Below, piece by piece: positions 55,087 to 64,000 of a stretch of DNA of 64,000 bases. The DNA is from Abditibacterium sp. (GTDB lineage Bacteria > Armatimonadota > Abditibacteriia > Abditibacteriales > Abditibacteriaceae): assembly GCA_965199495.1 (NCBI GenBank), contig CBDASK010000003.1, forward strand, positions 3,136,001 to 3,200,000, given 5' to 3'. Every line of letters starts with the position of its first letter. Positions within the stretch are counted from its first letter, which is position 1. The notes under the pieces are model-generated. The model saw only the letters and a program-made list of their open reading frames with translations. It was not told the origin of the DNA and did no database searches. Both the position numbers and the translations under genes were made by a program.

Positions 55087-55479
55087 TTAATAATCGGCTT
55101 CGTAAGCCGAAACGACGGGCATTTCCTCGATTTCGGGCGCGCTCTGTCGGTCGGATTTGCGGCGTTTTTGTGTGCTGGCCTCTTTTTGCGCTTCGATGAA
55201 AACTTGGCGTTGCAGGAAAAACGCGTAAGCCAACGCCAGACCGAAAATCATTTCGACGATGGACGAAAGTTGCAGCGCGCTCATGTAGGGCACGCCGACG
55301 ATTTCGCAAAAGCGCAGCGCCTGCATCAATGCGAACAAAACCGCCGCGATAATCATCACGCGCCACGAAGCACCCGTGCGTCCGACGCGCAGTTGCGGAT
55401 AAAGATTAATCGCCAGCACCGCCGCGCCGATGCTGGTCAGAAACGAAAAGAGCGCGGAAATAACGTCGTAAGAAGCCAT
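55087..55479 (-). CDS. Hypothetical membrane protein
   Basis: Three TM segments; co-oriented within the operon. Confidence 0.6.
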   Translation of the reverse strand: MASYDVISALFSFLTSIGAAVLAINLYPQLRVGRTGASWRVMIIAAVLFALMQALRFCEIVGVPYMSALQLSSIVEMIFGLALAYAFFLQRQVFIEAQKEASTQKRRKSDRQSAPEIEEMPVVSAYEADY

Positions 55480-55507
55480 AATAAAGACGTTTGAAAAACG
55501 GTGGGAA

Positions 55508-56404
55508 TTAAATTTTCGCCAGTTCGATGCCTCGCTCCACTAACGGAGCTACGCGCGTCATGGCTCCTTGAGTTAGCACGTCTTTCGCCAACGAGATTTC
55601 CAGTTGCGCACGCGCGCCGCGCGCCGCATTTTCGTCGGAGAAGAGTCCGAAACACGCCGATCCGCTACCGCTCATCTGCGCGCCCAACGCGCCATTTTGT
55701 TTCAACAATTCGACGCAACGCGCGGGCGAAAGTGTCAGTTCGTCCACGACGCGCGCGAAATCGTTGCCCATTCGTTTGGCAACAGCAGCTACGTCGCCCG
55801 CGTCCCAGACTTTTAATAGTTCTGGCGTCGCGTTTTCGCTGGCCAAACCGCTGTCGTCCCACGCGCGATACATCGGTGGCGTCGCCAGCGAAACCTGTGG
55901 TTTAACAATTAATATCCAACCTTGCAACGGCTCAAGCGGCGTTAGTTTTTCGCCGGTGCCTTCCATCAACATCGCGCCGCCGCGAATAAATAGTGGCACG
56001 TCGGCGCCCAACTGCGCGCCAATTTTTTCCAATGCGCCATCGGAAATCTGAATTTTCGACGCGCTTTGCAACGCCTTGAGAATCGCCGCCGCGTTGCCCG
56101 AACCTCCACCCAACCCGGCGCCCGTTGGAATGTTTTTAACTAACCGAATGCGCGCGCCAAAAACATCGCCGGTAGATTCGTTCCAGACGCGCACAGCGCG
56201 CGCACACAAATTCGATTCGCCGCACAAATCTGGATTGGCGCACGAAACGTTAATGCGGTCGTCGCGCGTCAGTTGCAATTCGATTTCGTCATACCAGCCG
56301 CAGGTGTGAACGACCGAGCGCAATTCGTGGTAACCGTCGGCGCGGCGCGATAATAAGTCGAGCGAAAAATTAACTTTGGCGGCGGATTGAAGCTGAAATT
56401 TCAT
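55508..56404 (-). CDS. ispE: 4-(cytidine 5'-diphospho)-2-C-methyl-D-erythritol kinase
   Basis: AKVN, DGYHEL, IPTGAGLGGGS and MSGSGS motifs. Confidence 0.95.
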   Translation of the reverse strand: MKFQLQSAAKVNFSLDLLSRRADGYHELRSVVHTCGWYDEIELQLTRDDRINVSCANPDLCGESNLCARAVRVWNESTGDVFGARIRLVKNIPTGAGLGGGSGNAAAILKALQSASKIQISDGALEKIGAQLGADVPLFIRGGAMLMEGTGEKLTPLEPLQGWILIVKPQVSLATPPMYRAWDDSGLASENATPELLKVWDAGDVAAVAKRMGNDFARVVDELTLSPARCVELLKQNGALGAQMSGSGSACFGLFSDENAARGARAQLEISLAKDVLTQGAMTRVAPLVERGIELAKI

Positions 56405-56410
56405 AATTCA

Positions 56411-56525
56411 AAATTCGCGCAGAGATGCGGAGGGAATAAAGCGATCTGAAAATTAGAGAACAGGCGAATAAATACTTTTAGAATTGCTTTATTCTCCCTG
56501 CGTCTCCGCGTCTCTGCGCGAATTT
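56411..56525. repeat. Palindromic element (CGCAGAGACGCGGAG type) overlapping the rsmA 3' end
   Basis: aaattcgcgcagagatgcggag and ctccgcgtctctgcgcgaattt inverted arms. Confidence 0.8.
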
Positions 56526-57400
56526 TCGTCCGTTTCTGTTGCCAGAGCATCCGTCAAATTTCCAAATTCGTCCAGCGATAACGTTTCGCCGCGTCGCATC
56601 GGGTCAATGCCCGTGGCTTGCCAAACTTCGGCCAATTTTTCTTTCGAGGCCAACGGTTTCATCGTGTTGCCCAGAGTTTTGCGGCGCTGCGAAAACGCGG
56701 CGCGCACGACCGTCCAAAAGCGTTTTTCGTCGTGCAGTTCCAATGCGGGCGTTTCCAAAAATTGCGCGTGAATTACGCTTGACGTGACTTCGGGCGCTGG
56801 CATAAACGAGCCGGGCGCGATGTCGAAAATGCGCTTGGTTTGGGAATACAAATGCGCCATAATCGAAAGCGGCCCATATTCGCGCGTGCCCGGCTGCGCG
56901 ATCATGCGCAACGCGACTTCGCGTTGCACGAGTAGAGTCGCGCTACTCAAATGCGGGCGCCACTCTTCGTAAACGCGGCGTAGCATCGGTTTGGAAATCG
57001 AGTAGGGCAAGTTCGCCACGATTTTGGTTCCATCGGGCAATTCGAGGTCTTCCCACGCGATGTCGAGGGCATCGCCGTGAATGAGCCGAAACGGTTGCGG
57101 CGCGAACTGGCGTTCCAAAAACGCGGCGAATTTCGCGTCTTTTTCGATGGCGACGACGCGGCCACCATCGCGCAATAATCGCACCGATAACGCGCCCAAT
57201 CCGGGGCCGATTTCTAAAATCGCGTCGTCTTTGGACAGTTGCGCCGTCGCAGCAATTTTATCCAATGCGCCCGAATTGACCAAAAAGTTTTGGCCCAGAG
57301 TTTTATTGGGCGCGGCGCCCAAAAGTTCGAGGATTTCGCGCGCCGTCGAGAGGCGCGACGGATCGAATTCGAGAGGATTTGGCGAAATTTCGGGCGGCAT
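56489..57400 (-). CDS. rsmA: 16S rRNA adenine dimethyltransferase
   Basis: LGQNFL, EIGPGLG, ANLPYSIS, FSQRRKTL and RGETL motifs. Confidence 0.95.
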   Translation of the reverse strand: MPPEISPNPLEFDPSRLSTAREILELLGAAPNKTLGQNFLVNSGALDKIAATAQLSKDDAILEIGPGLGALSVRLLRDGGRVVAIEKDAKFAAFLERQFAPQPFRLIHGDALDIAWEDLELPDGTKIVANLPYSISKPMLRRVYEEWRPHLSSATLLVQREVALRMIAQPGTREYGPLSIMAHLYSQTKRIFDIAPGSFMPAPEVTSSVIHAQFLETPALELHDEKRFWTVVRAAFSQRRKTLGNTMKPLASKEKLAEVWQATGIDPMRRGETLSLDEFGNLTDALATETDENSRRDAETQGE

Positions 57401-57412
57401 GAGACGGAGAGT

Positions 57413-59374
57413 TTAGCGAGCGACCTCATTCACTTGCGCCCACGCGCGTAGCGTTTCGGCGACGCTCCACGCTTGCGCGAAACAGCCGCGTGTCTGGTGC
57501 GGCGCGGCGCCGTCGAATATCTCGGAAATCGAACCTAATCCGGCTTCGTCCAGATGCGCGATCATCGGTTGCAGCCACGTTTGCACCTGCGCTTTGGATT
57601 CGTCGCTTTCGGCGTTGACGTGCAAATAGGCGCTCAAAAACGGCCCCAAAAGCCAGCCCCACACCGTGCCCTGATGATACGCCGAATCGCGTTGCCACTG
57701 GTCGCCTTCGTAATACGGACGATAGCGCGAATCGCGCGGCGACAGCGAACGAAGCCCAACGGGCGTTAGTAACTCGCGCTGCACGACTTCGACGACCGCT
57801 TTGTTTTGCTCGTCGCTCAATAATTGATGCGGCAGCGAAACCGCGAAAATTTGGTTGGGCCGAATCGCGCCATCCTTGGAGTTGTCGTCAATGCAATCGT
57901 AAAGGCAATTTTCGGCTTCGTTCCAAAACGCGTCGGGAAAACTCGCGGCGATTTTGCGGCTCCACTCGGTGCAAATCGCCGCCGTATTGTGATCGTCAAA
58001 GCAACGCCCCCATGTCGCCATTTCGCATAACGCGTTAAACCACAACGCCTGAATTTCGACGGCTTTGCCCGACCTCGGCGTGAAAGCTGTGTCGCCGACT
58101 TTGGCGTCCATCCACGTTAATTGCGTGTTTTTGTCGCCCGCGCGCAACATCCCGTCATCGTCGTCGGCCACGATGCCGTAGCGCGTGCCCGCCAGATGCC
58201 ATTCGATGCTCTCGACCAACTTCGGATAAAGTTCCTGCACCGTTTTCCAGTCGCCCGAAATATGACCGTATTGAAAGACCGCGTGAAAGAACCATAATGT
58301 GCCGTCCACGGTATTATAATCGGGCGTTTCGTTGCCTTCGGGAAAGCGATTGGGAATCATGCCTTGACTCATCGCGCCCGCGAAACTGCGCAAAATCGAG
58401 GCGGCGATGTCGTATCGTTTCGTCGTCAAACACAAGCCGGGCAGGGCAATCATGGTGTCGCGGCCCCAGTCGGTGAACCACGGATAACCCGCCAAAACCG
58501 TATGCAAACCGTCGGCGCGCCGCACGATGAATTGGTCGGCGGCCAACTCCAAGCGTGCCGTGGCTGCACCCCAGTCGTCGCTCTGAATTAAGCCGCGTTT
58601 ATATTCGATATTCTTTTGCTCAGATTTAGCGGCAGTTTCCAAATCAATCGGTTCAATCGAAGCCGCGAATAATTTGGACGCCTTAACTTCGAGCGACAGA
58701 GAAAAATAACCGGGACAAAACGCGTCTTCGCTACTTTCCAAACCGCGCTCTTTTTCGAGCGGCCATTGAAAGCCATAATACCAATTTTCGTCGGCACAAA
58801 ACCGCCCATCGCTCGCCAGATGAACCGGCGGTTGCGAGGGATAAGGCCGCATTGAAAGCGCGCTTTGATCGGCGTTGAGTTCGATATTTTTATCGAACTC
58901 AGCGTTGACGCGTTGCTCCGAATGATACGAGCGCGGCGCCAAAAACGCGCGCACCTGCAACTCGCAATGTGGCCCGCTTTTGAGTTCGTAACGCGCAACC
59001 GACACGTTTTTGTGCGCTTCCATCCAAATCGTTTTCTCGATGACGATTTCGCCTTCGTCGGTCGGCACGCGATACGTCCAGCGCGGAAGCGGAGCCATCT
59101 CGAAATTTTCGATGAACAAATCGCCGCGCGGTGAAACGTCATTGGGCCAGAAGTTGGTGCCGAGGGGATAAGTTTTGCCGTCGCAAATCACGGTATCTTC
59201 GATTTTGGTGACCAAAACGCGACGATCTTGCGGGCCGTTTAGGGCCGCGCACAAAAACGCGTGATAGCGGCGCGTGACAGCGCCCGCAACGCTGCCGCTG
59301 GCAAAAGCTCCACTGCCGTTGGTGGCGAGCCACTCGTTATAAAATCGGCGCGTCGGCGCCCATTGGGGAATCAT
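57413..59374 (-). CDS. Amylo-alpha-1,6-glucosidase (glycogen debranching enzyme family)
   Basis: EWLATNG.G, AGYPWFTDWGRD, LTWMDA, AYHQGTVW and QAWSVAE motifs. Confidence 0.9.
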   Translation of the reverse strand: MIPQWAPTRRFYNEWLATNGSGAFASGSVAGAVTRRYHAFLCAALNGPQDRRVLVTKIEDTVICDGKTYPLGTNFWPNDVSPRGDLFIENFEMAPLPRWTYRVPTDEGEIVIEKTIWMEAHKNVSVARYELKSGPHCELQVRAFLAPRSYHSEQRVNAEFDKNIELNADQSALSMRPYPSQPPVHLASDGRFCADENWYYGFQWPLEKERGLESSEDAFCPGYFSLSLEVKASKLFAASIEPIDLETAAKSEQKNIEYKRGLIQSDDWGAATARLELAADQFIVRRADGLHTVLAGYPWFTDWGRDTMIALPGLCLTTKRYDIAASILRSFAGAMSQGMIPNRFPEGNETPDYNTVDGTLWFFHAVFQYGHISGDWKTVQELYPKLVESIEWHLAGTRYGIVADDDDGMLRAGDKNTQLTWMDAKVGDTAFTPRSGKAVEIQALWFNALCEMATWGRCFDDHNTAAICTEWSRKIAASFPDAFWNEAENCLYDCIDDNSKDGAIRPNQIFAVSLPHQLLSDEQNKAVVEVVQRELLTPVGLRSLSPRDSRYRPYYEGDQWQRDSAYHQGTVWGWLLGPFLSAYLHVNAESDESKAQVQTWLQPMIAHLDEAGLGSISEIFDGAAPHQTRGCFAQAWSVAETLRAWAQVNEVAR

Positions 59375-59411
59375 CGCGCTTTAGTTTTGCAGATACGGCG
59401 CCCAAAAACAT

Positions 59412-60254
59412 TTACTGCAAATATCGTCCAAAGAAACGTGCGATGCGCGCGTCGGCCTGGGCGCGCGCGTTCTTCAATCCATGCGCTTCGCCCGCGTAAA
59501 CCTGAAAATCCACCGTCGCGCCCGCCGCCTTTAATTTTTGATACAATTTTTCGCTTTGTTGAAGTGGCACGAATTCGTCGGCATCGCCGTGCAACAGCAA
59601 AATCGGTGGCGCATATTCGTCGGCGTAAAATAATGGACTGGCGCGCTGGGCCAAATCGGCTTTTTGCTGAACTGTGCCGCCCAACAATCGTGTGAGCGGC
59701 GACAAAGGCGCGTTCCAATCTAAACCCGCGCCGTTGTTTAAGCTGAGCAAATCGGTCGGCGCGCTTTCGAGCGCGGCGCATTTGACACTCGAACTCGTCA
59801 GCGCCAACAATCCGGCCAAATGTCCGCCCGTCGAAATTCCGTAAACGCCGATTTTGGCGGCATCGAGCGAATAATTTTTGGCGTGTTGCTTAATAAAGCC
59901 AATCGCCGCTCGACAATCGTCAATTTGCGCCGGATAAACCGCGTCATCGCTGGAGCGGAACTCGACAGCAGCCACGGCGAAGCCCAACTTCGCCAAATTC
60001 CACGCGGCGCTGTTGAGTTTTTCGTAAGAGCCGGTGCGCCACGCGCCGCCGTGCAGATAAATCACGACCGGTAACGCGGTTTTGGGCAATGGATTGGGCC
60101 GCGACAACAACAGATGCAATTGGTGTTTGCCGATTTTGGAATAGACGATTTCACGTTTAACACCAACGCCCTGCGGCGGCGTGGCTGTTGATTTTTGTGC
60201 GTGCGCGGCGGGCGCAAAAATGGAGCAAAGCGCGATTGCCCAAAGGATTTTCAT
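59412..60254 (-). CDS. Secreted alpha/beta hydrolase (esterase)
   Basis: HGGAW, GISTGG and HGDAD...H motifs. Confidence 0.88.
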   Translation of the reverse strand: MKILWAIALCSIFAPAAHAQKSTATPPQGVGVKREIVYSKIGKHQLHLLLSRPNPLPKTALPVVIYLHGGAWRTGSYEKLNSAAWNLAKLGFAVAAVEFRSSDDAVYPAQIDDCRAAIGFIKQHAKNYSLDAAKIGVYGISTGGHLAGLLALTSSSVKCAALESAPTDLLSLNNGAGLDWNAPLSPLTRLLGGTVQQKADLAQRASPLFYADEYAPPILLLHGDADEFVPLQQSEKLYQKLKAAGATVDFQVYAGEAHGLKNARAQADARIARFFGRYLQ

Positions 60255-60303
60255 GTTTTGATTATAGCGCGATTATGTGAGAAGTTATAGATATGCTCAC
60301 TTC

Positions 60304-60331
60304 GTCATTCTGAGCGCAGTGAAGCACGAAC
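60304..60331 (+). repeat. Half copy of the 27839 repeat family
   Basis: gtcattctgagcgcagtgaagcacgaac. Confidence 0.7.
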
Positions 60332-60382
60332 AAAGCGGGCATATTTATAACTAAAACAAAGTGGAAGAATCGCGTTCTAAAC

Positions 60383-61642
60383 TCACTCCGCCGTCCTGTT
60401 CAAACCGGCAAACGAGTGCGCGCCATCACGGGCGAACGGCAAATCGGTGGGGCGACCGTTAGTGAAGACGATTTGATGCACATAAACGTCTTCGACGCGC
60501 AGGCTGGCCGCCGAAAATTGCAGATACAAACGCCACATTCGCACGAACTCAGCGCCGTATTTCGCCTCGACCCAATTCACCTCGCGCTCGAAATTTTCGG
60601 CCCATTTGTCGAGTGTGAGCGGATAATTCGGGCCTATATTTTCCACATCCCAGATAATTAAATCTTCGCGCGTCAGTTCGCGCACGATTTCGGAAATACC
60701 GGGAATATAGCCGCCGGGGAAAATATATTTGACCAGCCACGCGCTCGTCGGCTCCTCGACGATGCCGGTGATGCAGTGCAATAATCCGACGCCGCCCGGT
60801 TTGAGCAATTTTTTCAAAGCCGCGATATAGCCGGGCAAATTGTGACGCCCGACGTGTTCGGCCATGCCGACGCTGACGATTTTATCGAAACGCTCGCCGC
60901 GCTCAACGAGGGTTTGATAGTGCAACAATTCCATTTCGGCACTCGCGCCATCAGGCAGTTCGGGCCGATGCGCCTGAAACCATTCGAGTTGCTCTTGGCT
61001 GAGCGTAATTCCCAGCGCTTTAGCGCCTTTGTCGCGCGCGGCGCTCGCAATCAGCGCGCCCCAACCGCAACCGACATCGAGCAGAGTTTCGCCCGGCTGC
61101 AAGCGCAATTTGCTGAGAACGTGGCGAATTTTACGCTGTTGGGCGTCTTCCAAATCGCCGTTTCCGCCGTCGAAATAAGCGCACGAATAACTCATCGTCG
61201 GGTCGAGCCAGCGCCAGTAAAACTCGTTGCCCAAATCGTAATGATGACTGACATCGCGGCGGTGCGCGCCGATGGAAAGCGGGCGGGCGCGCGCGATAAT
61301 CGTCGCGGCGCCAAACAATCGCTCCAAAATCCACGGCATCGGCGCGTCGTTGGCGTCCAAAATCCGCAGCAAATCGTCGAGCGAACCATCAATTTCGATT
61401 TGGTCGCGCATGATCGCCTCGCCAAACGCGAGTTCCGGGTCAACCAGCAGACGCGGCACCAATTTCGCGTCGCGCAAACGCAGACCGACGCGCGGCAAAC
61501 CGTTTCCTAAAACAGCGCGCGTGCCGTCCCAAAATGTGAGATCAATGGTGCCGCCGCGCAGCTTGCGCCCGCCGCGCCGAATTAAACGTTTGTAAAGATT
61601 GATAGCAAATTCCTCGGTAGGCGCTGTTAAAATGCGCGCCAT
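60383..61642 (-). CDS. cfa: Cyclopropane-fatty-acyl-phospholipid synthase family methyltransferase
   Basis: HHYDLGNEFY, MSYSCAYF, LDVGCGWG and KYIFPGG motifs. Confidence 0.9.
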   Translation of the reverse strand: MARILTAPTEEFAINLYKRLIRRGGRKLRGGTIDLTFWDGTRAVLGNGLPRVGLRLRDAKLVPRLLVDPELAFGEAIMRDQIEIDGSLDDLLRILDANDAPMPWILERLFGAATIIARARPLSIGAHRRDVSHHYDLGNEFYWRWLDPTMSYSCAYFDGGNGDLEDAQQRKIRHVLSKLRLQPGETLLDVGCGWGALIASAARDKGAKALGITLSQEQLEWFQAHRPELPDGASAEMELLHYQTLVERGERFDKIVSVGMAEHVGRHNLPGYIAALKKLLKPGGVGLLHCITGIVEEPTSAWLVKYIFPGGYIPGISEIVRELTREDLIIWDVENIGPNYPLTLDKWAENFEREVNWVEAKYGAEFVRMWRLYLQFSAASLRVEDVYVHQIVFTNGRPTDLPFARDGAHSFAGLNRTAE

Positions 61643-61731
61643 TGCCACCGAGTTTGCCAGAGCTAAAGCGTTTGGGGCATCGAATCTGAGCCGACTCTTA
61701 ACCGCGCGAAACGCGCCGTGCCACTACGAAA

Positions 61732-62550
61732 CTAAAACGACTGATTTTCATCGTTTTCGCGTGCCTGCGCCTCGCGAATCAAACGCCGTTCTTTAATCGA
61801 AACTTGAATCGCGCGAACCATCAACGGCCCCATCATCCAGAATATAATCCAAGTCAATAACAATAATTTTATCGGTTCGCCGATTTTAATATCATAGACA
61901 ATCACATAATAAGCTGGAACCATCGCGAGTGCAAGATAAAATATGGCCCACAAAAGCAACGTGCTGACGCGCACGATTTTCCACGTCAGTGATTTCCCCG
62001 ACCAATCCACGTTATTGAAACTTCTTACCGCTAACTCGTGTGTATTGGCGGGCACGAACGGTTTTTCAACTCGCTTGCCTTGTAATTGCGCTTCGACAAA
62101 ACGCCACAATTCGCGCCGTTGCACGATGATTTTGTTCGACGATTTAAGAACGTGGGCGAAACCTTGAAACACGATTTCGCCGCGCGCATTCAGCAGAACC
62201 GGTTCGACGTGGCTGCGTCGCTCAGCGTGATAGCGCGGGTTAAAATCGAGGTAATAACTTTCGACCTGTGACCAAAGCACACTTTGGCGAAAAAAGCCGT
62301 TGAATTGCGAAATCCCGTCGCGGTCGGCGCGAATAGAATAGCGCATGATCGGCCAAAAGCAAAAGAAAAATCCGCTCAAAAATAATCCGAGCGCAATCGC
62401 CAAAATTGGATGCGGCGCTGGCCCACTGAATATCGGCAGCCACGGCGAAACGCAACACGCCAAGCCCGCGACGATAAACGGCAAAGCGACGACCGAAGCA
62501 AATATTTTTTGCCACAGCGCGCTTTTGACTTCAACAAAATCGGATTGCAC
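61732..62550 (-). CDS. Hypothetical membrane protein
   Basis: Four TM segments around a soluble domain. Confidence 0.6.
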   Translation of the reverse strand: MQSDFVEVKSALWQKIFASVVALPFIVAGLACCVSPWLPIFSGPAPHPILAIALGLFLSGFFFCFWPIMRYSIRADRDGISQFNGFFRQSVLWSQVESYYLDFNPRYHAERRSHVEPVLLNARGEIVFQGFAHVLKSSNKIIVQRRELWRFVEAQLQGKRVEKPFVPANTHELAVRSFNNVDWSGKSLTWKIVRVSTLLLWAIFYLALAMVPAYYVIVYDIKIGEPIKLLLLTWIIFWMMGPLMVRAIQVSIKERRLIREAQARENDENQSF

Positions 62551-62559
62551 TTTCGTAAG

Positions 62560-63732
62560 TTATTTCCGCGAAACGCGCCACAAACGGCCCATGCCGTCGT
62601 CGGTGAACAAAAGCGATCCGTCGGGCGCGATTTGCACGTCAACGGGCCGACCGACTTCGCTGCCGTTATCGTCCAAACCGGTCACGAAATCCGAAATTTT
62701 CGCTGGTTTGCCGCCCTCGAAATGAACGCGCACCAATTTATAGCCGGTTTTTTGCGAGCGATTCCACGAACCGTGAAACGCTAAAAACGCGTCGCCGTTG
62801 TAATCGGCGCCAAAAGTGCCGCCGCTCGTCGGGTAAAATGCCAAACCCAGCGCCGCCGAATGCGCCTGAACCGGGAAAGAAGGCGCCGTGGTTTGCGCGA
62901 CTTTGGCGGGATTTTTATCGCCAAACGTTGGGTCGGGATGAATTTTTCCTTCGATGTCGGTATAAGCGTAAGGCCATCCGTAAAATCCGCCGTCTTTGAC
63001 GCGCGTCAGATAATCGGGCGGTACGTCGTCGCCCAGATTATCGCGTTCGTTGACGACCGTCCATAATTCGTCCGATCCGGGCCGCAGCGCCAAACCGACG
63101 GGATTACGTAGACCCGACGCGTAAACGCGTTTGCCGCTGCCGTCGGGGTTCATCACCGAAATGGCGGCGCGTTGCGGATCGGATTCTTCGCAGGTGTTGC
63201 ACGACGAACCGACGGTAACAAACAGCTTGGTTTTGTCGCGATTCGCCAGCAGATTGCGCGTCCAATGTTGGTTGTAGCCGCCCTGCGTCAGTGTCGCGAC
63301 GCGTTGCGGTTGCGCGCTGGTTTCAGTTTCGCCGGTTGTGTAGGGCACTTTCACGACGGCGTCGGTGTTGCCGATGTAGAGCGAATCATTCAAGAACGCC
63401 AATCCATACGGTTGATTCAAACCTTCGATCCATTTGGTGCGTTTAGTGGTTTTGCCGTCTTCGATGCGCACGAGGGAAACGCGATTGGCTTTGCTTTCGG
63501 CGATGAGAATATCGTATTTTTGCGCGGTCGCGCCCGGCGCAAAGGCGATGCGGCGCGGCACGGTGAAATTGTCGGCCACGACTTCGATTTTGAAACCTTC
63601 GGGCACTCGCGTCCCGAACGGCCCACTCACTGTGCCCGGCGTGGCGGGATTGGCGGGCCGACTGCCGCCGCCCGATGAGCAGCCAGCAAACAAAACGATG
63701 CCCAGCAATGGCAAGAAAATTGGCTTTAACAT
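62560..63732 (-). CDS. PQQ-dependent sugar/sorbosone dehydrogenase family lipoprotein
   Basis: Lipobox FAG-C; GLRNPVG, NERD.LG, YGWP, HSAALG, HGSWNR and GRPVD motifs. Confidence 0.9.
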   Translation of the reverse strand: MLKPIFLPLLGIVLFAGCSSGGGSRPANPATPGTVSGPFGTRVPEGFKIEVVADNFTVPRRIAFAPGATAQKYDILIAESKANRVSLVRIEDGKTTKRTKWIEGLNQPYGLAFLNDSLYIGNTDAVVKVPYTTGETETSAQPQRVATLTQGGYNQHWTRNLLANRDKTKLFVTVGSSCNTCEESDPQRAAISVMNPDGSGKRVYASGLRNPVGLALRPGSDELWTVVNERDNLGDDVPPDYLTRVKDGGFYGWPYAYTDIEGKIHPDPTFGDKNPAKVAQTTAPSFPVQAHSAALGLAFYPTSGGTFGADYNGDAFLAFHGSWNRSQKTGYKLVRVHFEGGKPAKISDFVTGLDDNGSEVGRPVDVQIAPDGSLLFTDDGMGRLWRVSRK

Positions 63733-63786
63733 TGAGGTAAATGGACAATTGAAGCGCGCGTGCGTTCTGTCAATCGTGTAAGTTCA

Positions 63787-63830
63787 AAAACAGAAAAGCT
63801 CGCAGCAAACGCCGCGAGCTTTTCTGTTTT
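63787..63830. terminator. Intrinsic terminator
   Basis: aaaacagaaaagctcgc...gcgagcttttctgtttt hairpin. Confidence 0.75.
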
Positions 63831-63999
63831 ACCGTCGCACGAACGGCTGTTTCTCTTCGCGGAAACCGCCGCCGTTTTTATCATAAAGCCACAACGTTTC
63901 TTTGTTGCGGCCCTCTTTGTGCGAAAACACGCCATAACTGCTTAAAACCGAAGCCATCAGGCGCTTGGAAGTGCGGCGAACGACGTTGACTTCGGCCCA
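63829..63999 (-). CDS. 3' end of a CDS extending beyond the window
   Basis: Open frame WAEVNVVRR...QPFVRR* ending at the terminator. Confidence 0.5.
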   Translation of the reverse strand, partial: WAEVNVVRRTSKRLMASVLSSYGVFSHKEGRNKETLWLYDKNGGGFREEKQPFVRR

Positions 64000-64000
64000 C

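Noticed and set aside
1..64000. High frequency of GCGCGC/CGCGCG as a HIP1-like signal
   Set aside because: It is plausibly explained by GCG/CGC codon preference (Ala-Arg), and I cannot separate it from background without computation.

Overview
A GC-rich bacterial chromosome segment. Gene content and codon style suggest an Armatimonadota/Abditibacterium-like organism, but this is an inference. Most genes are housekeeping (hisS, trpB, two thrC paralogs, nnrD, proS, coaX, pilT-like, dacB, gpmI, pabB-like, mobA, ispE, rsmA, cfa). I saw no rRNA, tRNA, CRISPR array or intact transposase. Signals not explained by the ORF track: (1) the non-palindromic octamer CGTGGCTG occurs about 45 times (manual count), equally on both strands and in all six reading frames, and is absent from the foreign cassette array, making it a candidate DNA uptake or self-recognition signal; (2) a decaying four-cassette integron array without an integrase (12.4-15.6 kb), with attC sites, an attI-like site and nonsense-disrupted genes; (3) several distinct families of long palindromic REP/REPIN-like elements, some supplying protein C-termini or stop codons; (4) an N-formylglutamate amidohydrolase + MATCAP-like HExxxH peptidase + GshB-like ATP-grasp ligase cluster; (5) a ThrC-like/MoaD-like/NIL sulfur-relay operon whose carrier has a blocked GG-QI C-terminus; (6) a degenerate TagO/WecA-like domain fused to TagA, a divergent SRAP-Mug pair, a DUF6878/DUF6915-like pair, HicAB and orphan SMI1/KNR4 immunity genes.
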